A DNA stretch of 64,000 nt from PVC group bacterium. GTDB lineage: Bacteria; Omnitrophota; Gorgyraeia; B26-G9. The notes below the pieces were generated by a model that worked only from the letters and a program-made list of their open reading frames with translations, was not told the DNA's origin and made no database searches. A program made the translations under genes and the position numbers. This document shows, piece by piece, positions 29,189 through 39,957 of this stretch. The stretch spans positions 292,593 to 356,592 of the forward strand of contig JAAEQR010000142.1 in NCBI GenBank assembly GCA_024231215.1, given 5' to 3'. How positions within the stretch are numbered: the stretch's first letter is position 1; every line of letters starts with the position of its first letter.

Positions 29189-30352
29189 CTATTTTTGCAT
29201 ATATTGCCCTAATAAATCAAGGAATTTTATAATAATATTTTTCCAAGTATATTCCTTCATCGTGATCTTATATCCTCGCTGGGCATATTCCTGAGCCAGG
29301 GTATTATTAGCTAGAACCATGTTTATACTTTGGACCATTTCCTCCGGGGTATCAGCAAAAAATATAAAATCCTGGTTAATCTTCTCTACCTCGATAAGAC
29401 GATTGCTAATTACCGGCTTTTTCATGATCAAATATTCAAACAGCTTTAAGGGGCAGGCATTATGCGATACCGGGATAAGTTTAAACACATTAAGACAGAT
29501 ATCCATCTCCTTAATATAATAGCCAATTTTAGAATGCGGCACCGCACCAGTAAAAATCATGTTTTTTAACTGCCGTTTTTCAGCCTCCGCTTTTACCATT
29601 GAAAAATCCCGACCGCTGCCAACCATTAAAAAAGTCACCTCGGGCATCTTTTGGGCAGTATTAATAATTAAGTCAAAATCAATAAAATACTCAAAAGAAC
29701 CAACAAATCCAATCACAGGCTTAGAACAATCAATCTGAGGAGCTTCGGCCTCATTCAGCCTAAAATCATCTTCCTCTGCCCCATTCGGCACAACTTCCAC
29801 TGCCGCTGTCTCATGCCGAATTAAATCAGCCAAAGCATGGGAGACAGATAAAGTAAGATCTACTTTTGAAATCATGCTATGAATAAAAAAATCCGCAATA
29901 TCCAGAGTTAAACGATTACTGAAACGTCCTAACTCATGTTTAAGCATTTCCCGATAATCATCTGCATAATCGAAAATCTTAAAACATTTGCAAAGATTCA
30001 ACAATGGATATTGCGGAATATTATACAAAAACAATACATCTATTTCATGCTCTGCTACTATTTTTTTAACTGCCCGACGACAGCAAAAACTGTAGTAACC
30101 TTTTTTAAATAACTTATTAAAAGGTACAGTCCTACGCCAAAGAGCCTGATTAACATCAACATCAATAAGATGCAGCTTTTCAGGAAGATCTACTTCTATC
30201 TCCTGAAAGTTTGTCTCCCGGACATCTGTAGATGCAGGCGGCTGCAAAACATAGACATCATGACCCATTCTAGCTAATCGGGTAAACAGCTGATGATAAC
30301 GAGTCCAGTTGACCGCTTTCCAGCGAGCCATATAAGGAAAAAGGAATTTCAT
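29189..30352 (-). CDS. GT4 glycosyltransferase
   Basis: VVPNGA, IGFVGS, PLKLFEYL. Confidence 0.88.
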   Translation of the reverse strand: MKFLFPYMARWKAVNWTRYHQLFTRLARMGHDVYVLQPPASTDVRETNFQEIEVDLPEKLHLIDVDVNQALWRRTVPFNKLFKKGYYSFCCRRAVKKIVAEHEIDVLFLYNIPQYPLLNLCKCFKIFDYADDYREMLKHELGRFSNRLTLDIADFFIHSMISKVDLTLSVSHALADLIRHETAAVEVVPNGAEEDDFRLNEAEAPQIDCSKPVIGFVGSFEYFIDFDLIINTAQKMPEVTFLMVGSGRDFSMVKAEAEKRQLKNMIFTGAVPHSKIGYYIKEMDICLNVFKLIPVSHNACPLKLFEYLIMKKPVISNRLIEVEKINQDFIFFADTPEEMVQSINMVLANNTLAQEYAQRGYKITMKEYTWKNIIIKFLDLLGQYMQK

Positions 30353-31185
30353 CTATTCACACCTCTCCTTGAACCATTCCCACGTTTAAGCTTACGAATA
30401 ACCTCATATAGTCCAGGATATTTCTGCAAAACCTGTCTCATTTTACGTAACGGCATCCAAAGATAATATCTCACACGACTAAGCAAAGACAGTCGCCAGC
30501 CCATCCCTTCCTGAACAGCACAGATACATGGATTACAAATGCCGCAAGCGCTACCATTAGCGCGCGGACGATGGCAAAACCAAGTAAGTTGCATAAATTC
30601 ACGAAACCCTTCTTTTCTCGAAATAGTATCCATATCAACTTTCGTAAGATTAAAAATCGGAAACCGAAAATTCTTAAATACCTCAAATACGTCAACATCT
30701 TTATATTTTCGATCAATTTCAAAGCAAGCGTCTTCACCAGCCCCAGAACAAAGCATGCCTGGTTTCAATACACTAAAAACTCTACCATCCTTATCGGCTA
30801 CAGACATCTCCAAATCTTCAAGCCCCTCTTCATTCGCAAATCTAGCCAACCAATCATACTGAGATCCAATACCCTTTCTATCCCTAATTAATTCAAAGCT
30901 CTGTGTAATCTTCAGGTTTGGCAAGATATCATTCATTTCCTTGTAGCGAGTCGGCCGCAAAAGATCTTTTATTTGAGGATGCTTAGAAAATAAACGTTGT
31001 TTTATATCTTTCATCGCACGCAGTTCCAAACCGGTCGAACAGCGATCTGAATCAATTATATAATACGGCTGAACAACCTTCTCCTTTACCAGCAGCAGAT
31101 CAAGCAATCTAAACGTTGAATCCCATCCACCAGTCCATAACAAATTGACTATTTGCCGTTGCACAATTTCATTAGAATTCATCAC
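30349..31185 (-). CDS. PP-loop (QueC-like) ATP pyrophosphatase family protein
   Basis: LLWTGGWDSTF PP-loop; TWFCH..CGICNPC zinc motif. Confidence 0.65.
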   Translation of the reverse strand: MMNSNEIVQRQIVNLLWTGGWDSTFRLLDLLLVKEKVVQPYYIIDSDRCSTGLELRAMKDIKQRLFSKHPQIKDLLRPTRYKEMNDILPNLKITQSFELIRDRKGIGSQYDWLARFANEEGLEDLEMSVADKDGRVFSVLKPGMLCSGAGEDACFEIDRKYKDVDVFEVFKNFRFPIFNLTKVDMDTISRKEGFREFMQLTWFCHRPRANGSACGICNPCICAVQEGMGWRLSLLSRVRYYLWMPLRKMRQVLQKYPGLYEVIRKLKRGNGSRRGVNR

Positions 31186-32378
31186 GTATCCCCCTCATCA
31201 TTAAAATCTAATTTGCCTAGATTTTTTAAAAAAACTATCATTGAAGCAGCATGTTTTGTCCAAGTATATTTATTAATAACTTTCTCACGTGCATTTTTCC
31301 CCATACAAGTACGCATTTTATCATCTTTCAAAAGTAATATTAATGAATCCATGATTTCTTTTTTATTCATCGGCTCAAATAATAGCCCATTATTTTCATG
31401 GGCAATAGCATCCTCTACCGGACCAAGTTTAGGCCCGATTACGGGTTTAGCCATTGCCATATATTCAAATATTTTCATGGGGGAGCCATAGTTGTTAGTA
31501 TGAGGCAGTATTGCAATATCAAACGACGCTATATAATTCGGCAGTTTTTCATGGGGGATATTACCGGCAAACAAAACTTTACCGGTCAAATCCATACTCG
31601 CTATCCTTGTTTCTAAGTGTCCTCTAAGCTGTCCGTCTCCAATAAGTAAAAATCGGCAGTCGGGCTCTTTTACCAGTATCTGCGGAACAATGTCTAAAAG
31701 AAAATCCAAACCACGCACATGATTTAGGCCGCCGACAAAACCTACTATTTTTTTTCCCTGCAACCCATATTCATTCCGGACAGTATTCCCGGGAACTTCC
31801 GGAGAAAAAACTACAGGATCAGCTGCATTTGTTAGGAAAATAATTTTTTTATCTGAAATGCCAAGCTCAACTAAATGCTTTTTTAAATATGTTGAAACAA
31901 CTATTAAGGCATCTGCATCTTTAAACATTCTTACGTCAATTTTATTCGCTAAGCCCCTCAGCAACTTACTTCTTTTACGTAAAATTGGTGTGAATGATGT
32001 ATAGCTTAGCTCTAAAATAATTGGGGTGTTATTTTTTTTAGCAAATTTTACCCCGGCCCAACTAAAGATTGCATACCGCTCATAAATAAAGTCATATTTA
32101 TTCCTCTTCGCTAGTTTATTCAAGCGCTTTGTGGTTAAAAAGTTATAAGCTATTTCTAGCAATTCAAAACAAATCTCTGGAATGCATTTACTTAAATATT
32201 TAAAAAACTGGCTAATAATACCATCTCTTTGTTGCCCTCCATTCCCATCAATATTGATTTCTGCTGGGCCAATTAAATCTACAGAATGTCCCATTTTCAT
32301 AAACGCCTTTATAACTTCACGTATATGAACCCCTTCAACACCTTTACCTTGAGTTCTATGTAAATATAATATTTTCAT
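31182..32378 (-). CDS. GT4 glycosyltransferase
   Basis: IYERY, SPMKIFEYMAM, YTW. Confidence 0.9.
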   Translation of the reverse strand: MKILYLHRTQGKGVEGVHIREVIKAFMKMGHSVDLIGPAEINIDGNGGQQRDGIISQFFKYLSKCIPEICFELLEIAYNFLTTKRLNKLAKRNKYDFIYERYAIFSWAGVKFAKKNNTPIILELSYTSFTPILRKRSKLLRGLANKIDVRMFKDADALIVVSTYLKKHLVELGISDKKIIFLTNAADPVVFSPEVPGNTVRNEYGLQGKKIVGFVGGLNHVRGLDFLLDIVPQILVKEPDCRFLLIGDGQLRGHLETRIASMDLTGKVLFAGNIPHEKLPNYIASFDIAILPHTNNYGSPMKIFEYMAMAKPVIGPKLGPVEDAIAHENNGLLFEPMNKKEIMDSLILLLKDDKMRTCMGKNAREKVINKYTWTKHAASMIVFLKNLGKLDFNDEGDT

Positions 32379-32392
32379 CTTTAATCGTTCCT

Positions 32393-33739
32393 CTAAGTTC
32401 TTTTCCCCGCTATCTCAGAAATTATAAATCTTCTCTTCCCAGATTCAGGCAGATCTATTTTGGCAACATAACGGACTTTTAATTCTACTTTTTCTCCAGT
32501 TAGTTCTTTAAAATTACCTATAAAAATACGTTCACTCTCCTGATTGAATTTTTCATTTTTAACAATCCTTATTTCGATAAGTTCCCGAGATTTCTGAATG
32601 ATCTGAAACTGTTCTATTCCCTCAAAATCTCTCAAATTTGTAAAACTTGTAAAAGTTAATAAGCGATCAGGCAAAACAATCATATCTGAAATACGCCCCT
32701 CCACTTTCTGCAATTTAGGTAAAGTTACTCCACATAAACAGTTTTGCTCCTCAGCCAAAACTCCCACATCACCAATTTCATATCTTATAAACGGAAATAC
32801 GTTATTAAATAAGTTGGTTATTAAAATTCGTCCGCGTTTGCCCGGCCCAACCGGCTTATTATCAGTATCAACAACCTCCAGCAAACCATATTCGCTATGA
32901 AGATGATATCCATTATGCTGTTTACACTCTGATGCCATATACATTTCTCTGCTGCCATATTGGTCAAATACTTTATTGGCGCCAAAAACCTGATTCATCT
33001 TCAACCGTTGATAATCATGCATTGTTTCCGAACTGGTAAAAAGCGCTTTTAAAAAATCCAACTTTGCATTTGGATAATTCTTCTCTATAAATAAAGCAAA
33101 ATTATAAATACCCCCGGAATACCCCCAAATCACCGTAGGTTTATGCTTATTTAGCAAAGCAAAATGCTGTTCATAAACTCCATCGCTCATATAAGCAGTG
33201 GGTAAATTAATATAATTAAGCATTAAAAACTGTAGTTTCCAATAGAGCTTTTGACGCCGGTCATATTCAAAATGCGAACCGCTCATTTGAGCCCAACATT
33301 CACCTAGATTCAAACCAGCCCATTCTGCCGCTCGATATACACTAGCTCGATTCCAGTCAAGTCCTCGCTTATCAAGAAAATAATGTGTCGGTTCGCCAGT
33401 AGATCCGCCGGTTCTTGCCGAAACAAAAAATTTCTGTTGCTCATCCACGCATTTAATCTTTTCCATATTGCTGCGAATATCTTGTTTTGTAAGTATCGGT
33501 ACTTTTTGCAATTCCGATATATCTTTAAGTGGTAACACCACACTACTTAAACGATCCTTATAGAAAGAAGAACTAGTTTTTGCCTTTAAGAGAAGCCTGT
33601 TCAACCTTTCCAACTGCCAGACAGCCAGTTTTTCTTTCGGCCAATACTGTGACTTTCTCAAGAAATCAAGCCGCTTTATCGTTTTCCTGCCGCGTAAAAC
33701 ATCGCAAAACTTGAAGAACACTCTTTCATACAAATTCAT
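32393..33739 (-). CDS. Phenylacetate-CoA ligase/CapK-like adenylate-forming enzyme
   Basis: RTGGSTGEP, YGSRE, PFIRYEIGD, SGKRR. Confidence 0.85.
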   Translation of the reverse strand: MNLYERVFFKFCDVLRGRKTIKRLDFLRKSQYWPKEKLAVWQLERLNRLLLKAKTSSSFYKDRLSSVVLPLKDISELQKVPILTKQDIRSNMEKIKCVDEQQKFFVSARTGGSTGEPTHYFLDKRGLDWNRASVYRAAEWAGLNLGECWAQMSGSHFEYDRRQKLYWKLQFLMLNYINLPTAYMSDGVYEQHFALLNKHKPTVIWGYSGGIYNFALFIEKNYPNAKLDFLKALFTSSETMHDYQRLKMNQVFGANKVFDQYGSREMYMASECKQHNGYHLHSEYGLLEVVDTDNKPVGPGKRGRILITNLFNNVFPFIRYEIGDVGVLAEEQNCLCGVTLPKLQKVEGRISDMIVLPDRLLTFTSFTNLRDFEGIEQFQIIQKSRELIEIRIVKNEKFNQESERIFIGNFKELTGEKVELKVRYVAKIDLPESGKRRFIISEIAGKRT

Positions 33740-35874
33740 TGTTTATAAACCTCCAAAAGGCTCCTTTTTACATTTTCCCACTTATAGTCAACTGTTTTTG
33801 CCCGAGCATTTTCAATGATTTGATAAAATAATTCCCGGTCTTCAAGCAGCCGGTATATTTTTTCAGCCATCTGTTCGTGATTATTCAGCTCGACTAAAAA
33901 TCCGGTTTTACCATCTTCTACAAGATAAGGAATACCTCCAGCAGCAGTAGTAACAACTGCTGTTCCGCTAGCAAATGCCTCGATAATCGCTACAGGCATA
34001 TTATCTACACGCGAAGCATTTAAAAAAATGTCCGCCTTTTCATGCAACTTAGCAATTTCTCTATTATTTAAACATCCACAAAAAACCACCGAATCAACTA
34101 AATTTAGCTTTTTAACTAAATCCTCCAAATTTTGTCTCTGAGTGCCATCACCAGCGATATTGAGTATTGCTTGGGTATATTTTTTCTTAACAATAGCAAA
34201 AGCTCTTATAATACATTCCACATCATACCATACCTCTAAATGCCTTGCAGTAAGAAAAGTTGGACTACAACCTTTCTCCTGCTCATATCGAAATATCCCC
34301 AGGTCTAAAATATTTGTAATCACCTGTGATTTTATATCGAATTCCGCAAAGATATCTCTTAAATATCCCGAAGGAACCACTATCCCATTCGCCATCTCAA
34401 GGGTTAATTTCGCCCAATACAATTGTTTGTTCAAAAAATCGCGCGCGCAACCTCCGTGATAATTAATTATAACCTGCTTCTTGAAAAGCTTTCCCAGAAC
34501 TACAGCCGGAGTAGTATACAAAAAAAATCCAGCATATGAATTGCTAAAAATATGGATGACCTCTATTGTCGGCACTATTGCCACCAGTTTAAATAAAAAC
34601 ACTATAAAACGAATAATTGATTTAATAACTTTTATTTTATCAAGCCAAGCAAAAGTCTTAATAAATGAAATATTAGTTTTTATCACACTTACATTAAATC
34701 CGTCTTTCCTTAAGTTATCAATAAGCAGCTCTGCCTGCACACCAATCCCACCAACTGGCGGCGGCAATTCACTAATTATAAGTATTTTTTGCGGATTCGC
34801 TCTATCATAAATTTTTTCATATTCCCGAACCATCTTACGCATGGAAAACCTCTTCTCTACCTGCTCTCTTGCTGTCCGACCTAACTTCGCAGCTAGCTCA
34901 CTATCAGACAAAACGTTATTTATTGCATCAGCTAATGCTTCCGGGTTCTGAGACGGAACCAAAATACCACTTTTATCATCCTGGATGACTTCCTGAATAC
35001 CTCCCACATTAGTTGCCACAATAGGCAACCCTGTAGCCATAGCCTCAAGCAAAGTAATCGGCATCCCTTCATCTACAGAACTCAGCACAAAAATATCAAG
35101 CTGACTCATCAATGCCGCAATATCTCTTCTCTGTCCGGTAAAAATAACATTCTCTGCTATTCCTAATTCCCTACTATGTTCAATAAGTTGATTTTTTAAA
35201 CTACCATCCCCAATAACATATAATTTTAAACTATTATTTTTTGCGGTTAATATCTTAAATGCATCAAGTAATGTTTTATGATCTTTTACCGGCTCTAACC
35301 TGGCAACAATCCCAATATGTTTTCCTTTTTTGCTCTTATTAACTTCCCCAGACTTAAAAGAATCCGTATCAATCCCGTTATAAACAACTTTTATCTTTTT
35401 AGCATCTATATTCTGTTCCTTTTGCATAAATTCAGCCACATCACCCGCTACAGCAATAATCGAATTGCTTCTTTTTGCCAGCATAGTCTCAGCACGAAGC
35501 AACCCTTTGCGTCTTAAACCTATGTTTGAATGTTTTGTATGCACAAGCTTAACCTTAGGCACCAGCATACTAGCCAATCCCGCATAAAGCCATGGCGTTG
35601 CATTATGCGTATGGATAATATTAATACCCTGCTTTTTAATAAGTTTGCGCAATTTAAATGGCAGCAACCAATCCAAACCTTCTTTTTTCTTAACCACATA
35701 AACCGGAATATTGATTTTTTTAAATTCCGGCTCCAAACTTCCATTTTCACAGAAAACACAAATAGAAGGATCGTACTTATCGCGATCTAAACGTTTTAAA
35801 AAATTAAGCAGTAACACCTCTAGCCCACCGACATCTAAATAAGAACTGATATATAAAATTTTGGTCCTCTTCAT
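33736..35874 (-). CDS. Tandem double GT4 glycosyltransferase
   Basis: Two GT-B halves: GGLE..EGMPITLLEAMA and GGIG..DNMPVAIIEAFA. Confidence 0.88.
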   Translation of the reverse strand: MKRTKILYISSYLDVGGLEVLLLNFLKRLDRDKYDPSICVFCENGSLEPEFKKINIPVYVVKKKEGLDWLLPFKLRKLIKKQGINIIHTHNATPWLYAGLASMLVPKVKLVHTKHSNIGLRRKGLLRAETMLAKRSNSIIAVAGDVAEFMQKEQNIDAKKIKVVYNGIDTDSFKSGEVNKSKKGKHIGIVARLEPVKDHKTLLDAFKILTAKNNSLKLYVIGDGSLKNQLIEHSRELGIAENVIFTGQRRDIAALMSQLDIFVLSSVDEGMPITLLEAMATGLPIVATNVGGIQEVIQDDKSGILVPSQNPEALADAINNVLSDSELAAKLGRTAREQVEKRFSMRKMVREYEKIYDRANPQKILIISELPPPVGGIGVQAELLIDNLRKDGFNVSVIKTNISFIKTFAWLDKIKVIKSIIRFIVFLFKLVAIVPTIEVIHIFSNSYAGFFLYTTPAVVLGKLFKKQVIINYHGGCARDFLNKQLYWAKLTLEMANGIVVPSGYLRDIFAEFDIKSQVITNILDLGIFRYEQEKGCSPTFLTARHLEVWYDVECIIRAFAIVKKKYTQAILNIAGDGTQRQNLEDLVKKLNLVDSVVFCGCLNNREIAKLHEKADIFLNASRVDNMPVAIIEAFASGTAVVTTAAGGIPYLVEDGKTGFLVELNNHEQMAEKIYRLLEDRELFYQIIENARAKTVDYKWENVKRSLLEVYKQ

Positions 35875-37170
35875 CTAAAATAATCTTTCCTTTAACGCTA
35901 AGAGCCGGGTACTGATAAGTACCCTTATCCTGCCCCAAACTAGCCCCGCTCCCTCAAACTTAGACGGCGTAGTATCTTTTATCACTAATTTTCGCTGAGC
36001 ACTACATAATACCATAGACTCTCCGCCGGCCAAATCACCAATAATAATTTCACCTTCTTCATTAGCAAGTATCTTATCTCCGGCAGAATTATAGAATACC
36101 TGCCCCGGATCCGCAATAATTGTCAATCCTTCTATCTCTTCTTTATTTTTATTCTCAACAACAAGCGCATTATCTATTTTAGACAAATAAACTTTTTTCA
36201 ATAATAGCAATCTGTCTAAAAAATCTGATACCGTCGGAAACCAGCCATCTTTTTGCTGAGACAGCTTAATCAACTGATTCTTAATATCTTTTTTCACATA
36301 ATAATTACCCGAATCGTCTTTTCGGCAAAAATTAGACCCTAAATGAGTATAAACGATACATGCACCACGTTCTTTTACCAGCTTGTGAATATTCCGGTCA
36401 CTCAAAAGCTCTTTAAATACCTTGCCTGTCTGCGCGTTAGAAAAAGAAAACCAATAGTTTACATAGGGCTTATTCGGATCATGGTAAGGCATACTTGGAT
36501 TAAATTTTAATGTATTAGTATCCGGAGTTCCCCACATCCGCACATATTTAGTCTTCTCTTTACATACATCTCCCCAAAAATAGGGACTCTTCGGGTCTTC
36601 ACCGAAAAACTCCCGTTTATCATAGAAACTAACTAATTTTTGCAAAAAAGGATTTGTGAATACTTTTTTACCCCAGTATATATTTTCTCTATTCTTTGAA
36701 TGCATAATTTCGATTTTGGGATAATCTCCGAAAAACTCTTTAAAGTTTTCATATCCTTTGATTATCTCCTGCCGAAAATCATGTCCACCGGAAACTCCAT
36801 GCAAGGCAATCTCAAATCCCTTACTCTGCAGATCCTGAACAAATTTAAGATATTCCGGAGATTCACAGGTCTGGCCTTTATAGAGGAAGAGCCCATCCTG
36901 AAACATTCCGGCGACATGCTCAGCTTCTTTGACCCATACCGCAACTGTGGTACGAAACCCTAGCTCATACAACAAATCATATATCGGTTTAACTCTGGCA
37001 ACCAAAGTACTATCCGGATCATCTGTAATCGTAAAAACAAAATTCTGCGCCTCAGGATATGGCGACAAATAAATCCCCCTAGTCGCTGACTGTCTCCAGA
37101 TAAATATCCCACAGAGCAGAAAAAAAGCAACAATCCCGGCAACAATACCTTTTTTATTAATTTTTTTCAT
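35875..37170 (-). CDS. Membrane-anchored polysaccharide deacetylase-like protein
   Basis: N-terminal TM, FTITDDPD, FEIALHG, YTHLG. Confidence 0.6.
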   Translation of the reverse strand: MKKINKKGIVAGIVAFFLLCGIFIWRQSATRGIYLSPYPEAQNFVFTITDDPDSTLVARVKPIYDLLYELGFRTTVAVWVKEAEHVAGMFQDGLFLYKGQTCESPEYLKFVQDLQSKGFEIALHGVSGGHDFRQEIIKGYENFKEFFGDYPKIEIMHSKNRENIYWGKKVFTNPFLQKLVSFYDKREFFGEDPKSPYFWGDVCKEKTKYVRMWGTPDTNTLKFNPSMPYHDPNKPYVNYWFSFSNAQTGKVFKELLSDRNIHKLVKERGACIVYTHLGSNFCRKDDSGNYYVKKDIKNQLIKLSQQKDGWFPTVSDFLDRLLLLKKVYLSKIDNALVVENKNKEEIEGLTIIADPGQVFYNSAGDKILANEEGEIIIGDLAGGESMVLCSAQRKLVIKDTTPSKFEGAGLVWGRIRVLISTRLLALKERLF

Positions 37171-37172
37171 AC

Positions 37173-38456
37173 CTAAATTATCCTCACATATGCAATTATA
37201 TAAATCACGACAATTACCCCCACCATTCCTAAAAGAATATTCTTTACATCGTGTTTAGTAAAATCTATCTTTAATCCCTGTATATTCTTTGCCGCGACAT
37301 TAGCAAAAGCTGTACAAAGACCAAACCAGACAAACAAAATAGCGCTTTCAATCGTTAGGAACATTGCACATACCTTAAACGCAATAAAACTACAAAATAA
37401 TGCCCGGGCCTCGGAAATAAATCTTTCATTCGACGGCTCCTGCTTTAAATTCATCACTTGCAATAGTACTTTTAAACAATAATAAATCATTCCTATCCAG
37501 AAAAAGAAACCAATCAATCCAGTCTCGGCAAATGTCTGAACAAAACTGTTATGCGCTCTCAACCCCCGATAAGAATACCTTTCAAAAAAACCTTTACCTA
37601 CACCAAAAAGCGGATTTTTTGTGAGCATTACAACGCCCTGCTTCCAGACCCAAGTACGATGATATGCCGAGGCTTCAGTAGTATTTAACTGTGCCATCCG
37701 GGAAGGCGCAAATTTTATGGCCATAAGCATGATAATCAGAACAAACGGAATAATAATTGCCTTTCGCTTAAACTTCACAAAGAAATATACACACAATGTT
37801 GCCATTAATGCCAGATATCCTCCTCGGGAATTAGTCAGATATACTGTATAGACAATAACTCCAAAAAAAACAAAATTTAATAATTTAATTAAAAGCTGCT
37901 TCTTGCTAAAAATATATTCCAGGGTGAAAGGAATCGCGATCAATAGAATAAATGAATAAATATTTGCGCCATCCCATTGCCCTACCCAAGTTATCCGGTG
38001 AAATCCCTGACGAACCCAATTCGAATACCAAGACTGTCCGGCCCATCCAATCCCGCTGTGTAAAGATTGATAAACACCCTGATAAGCTAAAGCCACGCTA
38101 AGTACTAAAATACACTTCAAGGTCCAAGACATTTGCCGGGGCGAAATAATAATCAACGGAAACATCGAAAAAATAATTAAATATTTTAAAAACCCCATAG
38201 TCTGAAAGATGCCTGTGCTTACATGACCATGGGCCAGGTTGGACACAAAAATCATTAAAACAAAAGCACTCACAAAATAGTAATGTGGTAGTTTTACAGT
38301 TAAATAGTCTTTGAGCACCATCCGCCGTAACAATGCGAAAAATAAAGTTGCGGAAATAACAATATAGTCAACCGGCAATCCCCTCAGTGCTGGCATCCAG
38401 TCCTGAGGACGAACATAAAGATTAAATAGATATGTAAACAATCCTAATAATGCCAT
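37173..38456 (-). CDS. O-antigen ligase/Wzy-like polymerase
   Basis: Multi-TM; TNSRGG, NPLFGVG, AHNSFVQTFAETG. Confidence 0.85.
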   Translation of the reverse strand: MALLGLFTYLFNLYVRPQDWMPALRGLPVDYIVISATLFFALLRRMVLKDYLTVKLPHYYFVSAFVLMIFVSNLAHGHVSTGIFQTMGFLKYLIIFSMFPLIIISPRQMSWTLKCILVLSVALAYQGVYQSLHSGIGWAGQSWYSNWVRQGFHRITWVGQWDGANIYSFILLIAIPFTLEYIFSKKQLLIKLLNFVFFGVIVYTVYLTNSRGGYLALMATLCVYFFVKFKRKAIIIPFVLIIMLMAIKFAPSRMAQLNTTEASAYHRTWVWKQGVVMLTKNPLFGVGKGFFERYSYRGLRAHNSFVQTFAETGLIGFFFWIGMIYYCLKVLLQVMNLKQEPSNERFISEARALFCSFIAFKVCAMFLTIESAILFVWFGLCTAFANVAAKNIQGLKIDFTKHDVKNILLGMVGVIVVIYIIAYVRII

Positions 38457-38459
38457 AAG

Positions 38460-39035
38460 CTACCTTCCTTTTTCCGCTACTATGTAAAAAGATTTTTCAA
38501 AAAAAGCCATTAAATATTTCATTTTAAATGTATCGGAAAAAAATTTAATAATTTTTTTAAATTTATTCTGCGAATGATATTTCCGATAAAATTCATTCAA
38601 TGCTGGTTTATCTAGGCTATAAATAGCCTGTGGTGAAACATAATTCGGATACACTAAAAATACATTTATGTTTTCATAGCCGGCATTTTTAAGCAGTTTT
38701 TTATATCCACAGTAATTATAATCAGCTTTTCCCCAGTTATTTAAACACCATTTATTTTTTACAGCCAAGGCAACTTTACCTCCCGAGGTCAAAGCATCTT
38801 TTACCTTTTTCAAATCCCCCATCTTATCGAAAACATCAACTAGACTTCCGTTAAACACAACTAAATCAATGCTGCAATCTTTTAGATCAAGCTTATCATG
38901 ACTAACTATATCTACCTGTTTATATTCCTCTTTTAATCCAGATAAAATATCCGCACTTCCAGACCCTATAATTACTGCAGTATTACGCCTTGGCACTTGA
39001 ACTAATTTATAAAATTTTTCCTGTTGAGATCTCAT
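38460..39035 (-). CDS. Degenerate class I SAM methyltransferase-like protein
   Basis: IIGSGS, DCSIDLVV, LTSGGKV, LLKNAGY. Confidence 0.55.
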   Translation of the reverse strand: MRSQQEKFYKLVQVPRRNTAVIIGSGSADILSGLKEEYKQVDIVSHDKLDLKDCSIDLVVFNGSLVDVFDKMGDLKKVKDALTSGGKVALAVKNKWCLNNWGKADYNYCGYKKLLKNAGYENINVFLVYPNYVSPQAIYSLDKPALNEFYRKYHSQNKFKKIIKFFSDTFKMKYLMAFFEKSFYIVAEKGR

Positions 39036-39036
39036 C

Positions 39037-39957
39037 TCAGTTTAGCCCCTTCCGGATAAATCGCTGCCAATCAGCAGACTTAAAAAGATACTCTATCATT
39101 CCGGTTATCCTATCAATAATTGTATCTGCATAATTAAGTCTCTTTTTCAAAAACATAAATCCCGTTAAATAAAAGGGGAATAAAAATGCAAATGTACGGC
39201 TATCCAAATCAAGCCCCTTATATACTCCCGACCCAAACTTTCGTTCAGTCATTCTTATAAAGCTGTCCACCGACCCAACCGCAGAATTATAAGTATTACT
39301 ATGATGCAAAAAACTAGCTAAAAAAGTTGCAAAGTCAAATCCCGGCCATCTAATTCGGCCATAGTCCTCCCAGTCAAACACAAACAACATGCCATTATCT
39401 CTGACTCCTAAATTAGTAAATGTAAAATCGCCGTGCTGAGGAACTTCTAATAAACGCTGTAAAACTACCGGAACAGCACTATTAAAATAATCCTTATAAT
39501 CCACAGATAGACCCAATGATTTTTCTACACAAGGCATCAACTCAGCAAAATTTATCTGCTCACAAAATAATTTTATTTCTCTTGCATCTTTAACCCTATG
39601 TAAACAGATTAGTACATCTACAACCTGCTTTGCAATACTCGGCGATGCCATATCCGCCACATTCAACTCTCTTTGCGCAACATAAGGCACAACGCTAAGT
39701 GTATTCTGCTCATCCTGGAAAAACCCATCCGGCTTTACCGTATACTCTTTCAAATAATCCGCCAAAAAACTTAAAGTTTCATATTCATAATATCCCTTTT
39801 TATTAGAGTATATCTTGAGCAACCGGGAGCCTGAGTTATTTGAAAAATAAATTATTTTCATAGCCCGGTCACTCATGTGCGTAACAACAATCGAATTGTT
39901 TTGGGCATCAACTAACCCACTTTTATATACTTGACTTAAGAGACTTCCTATTTTCAT
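39037..39957 (-). CDS. APH/choline-kinase-like phosphotransferase
   Basis: LLKIY, QHGDFTFTN, VFDWED, FDFATF. Confidence 0.75.
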   Translation of the reverse strand: MKIGSLLSQVYKSGLVDAQNNSIVVTHMSDRAMKIIYFSNNSGSRLLKIYSNKKGYYEYETLSFLADYLKEYTVKPDGFFQDEQNTLSVVPYVAQRELNVADMASPSIAKQVVDVLICLHRVKDAREIKLFCEQINFAELMPCVEKSLGLSVDYKDYFNSAVPVVLQRLLEVPQHGDFTFTNLGVRDNGMLFVFDWEDYGRIRWPGFDFATFLASFLHHSNTYNSAVGSVDSFIRMTERKFGSGVYKGLDLDSRTFAFLFPFYLTGFMFLKKRLNYADTIIDRITGMIEYLFKSADWQRFIRKGLN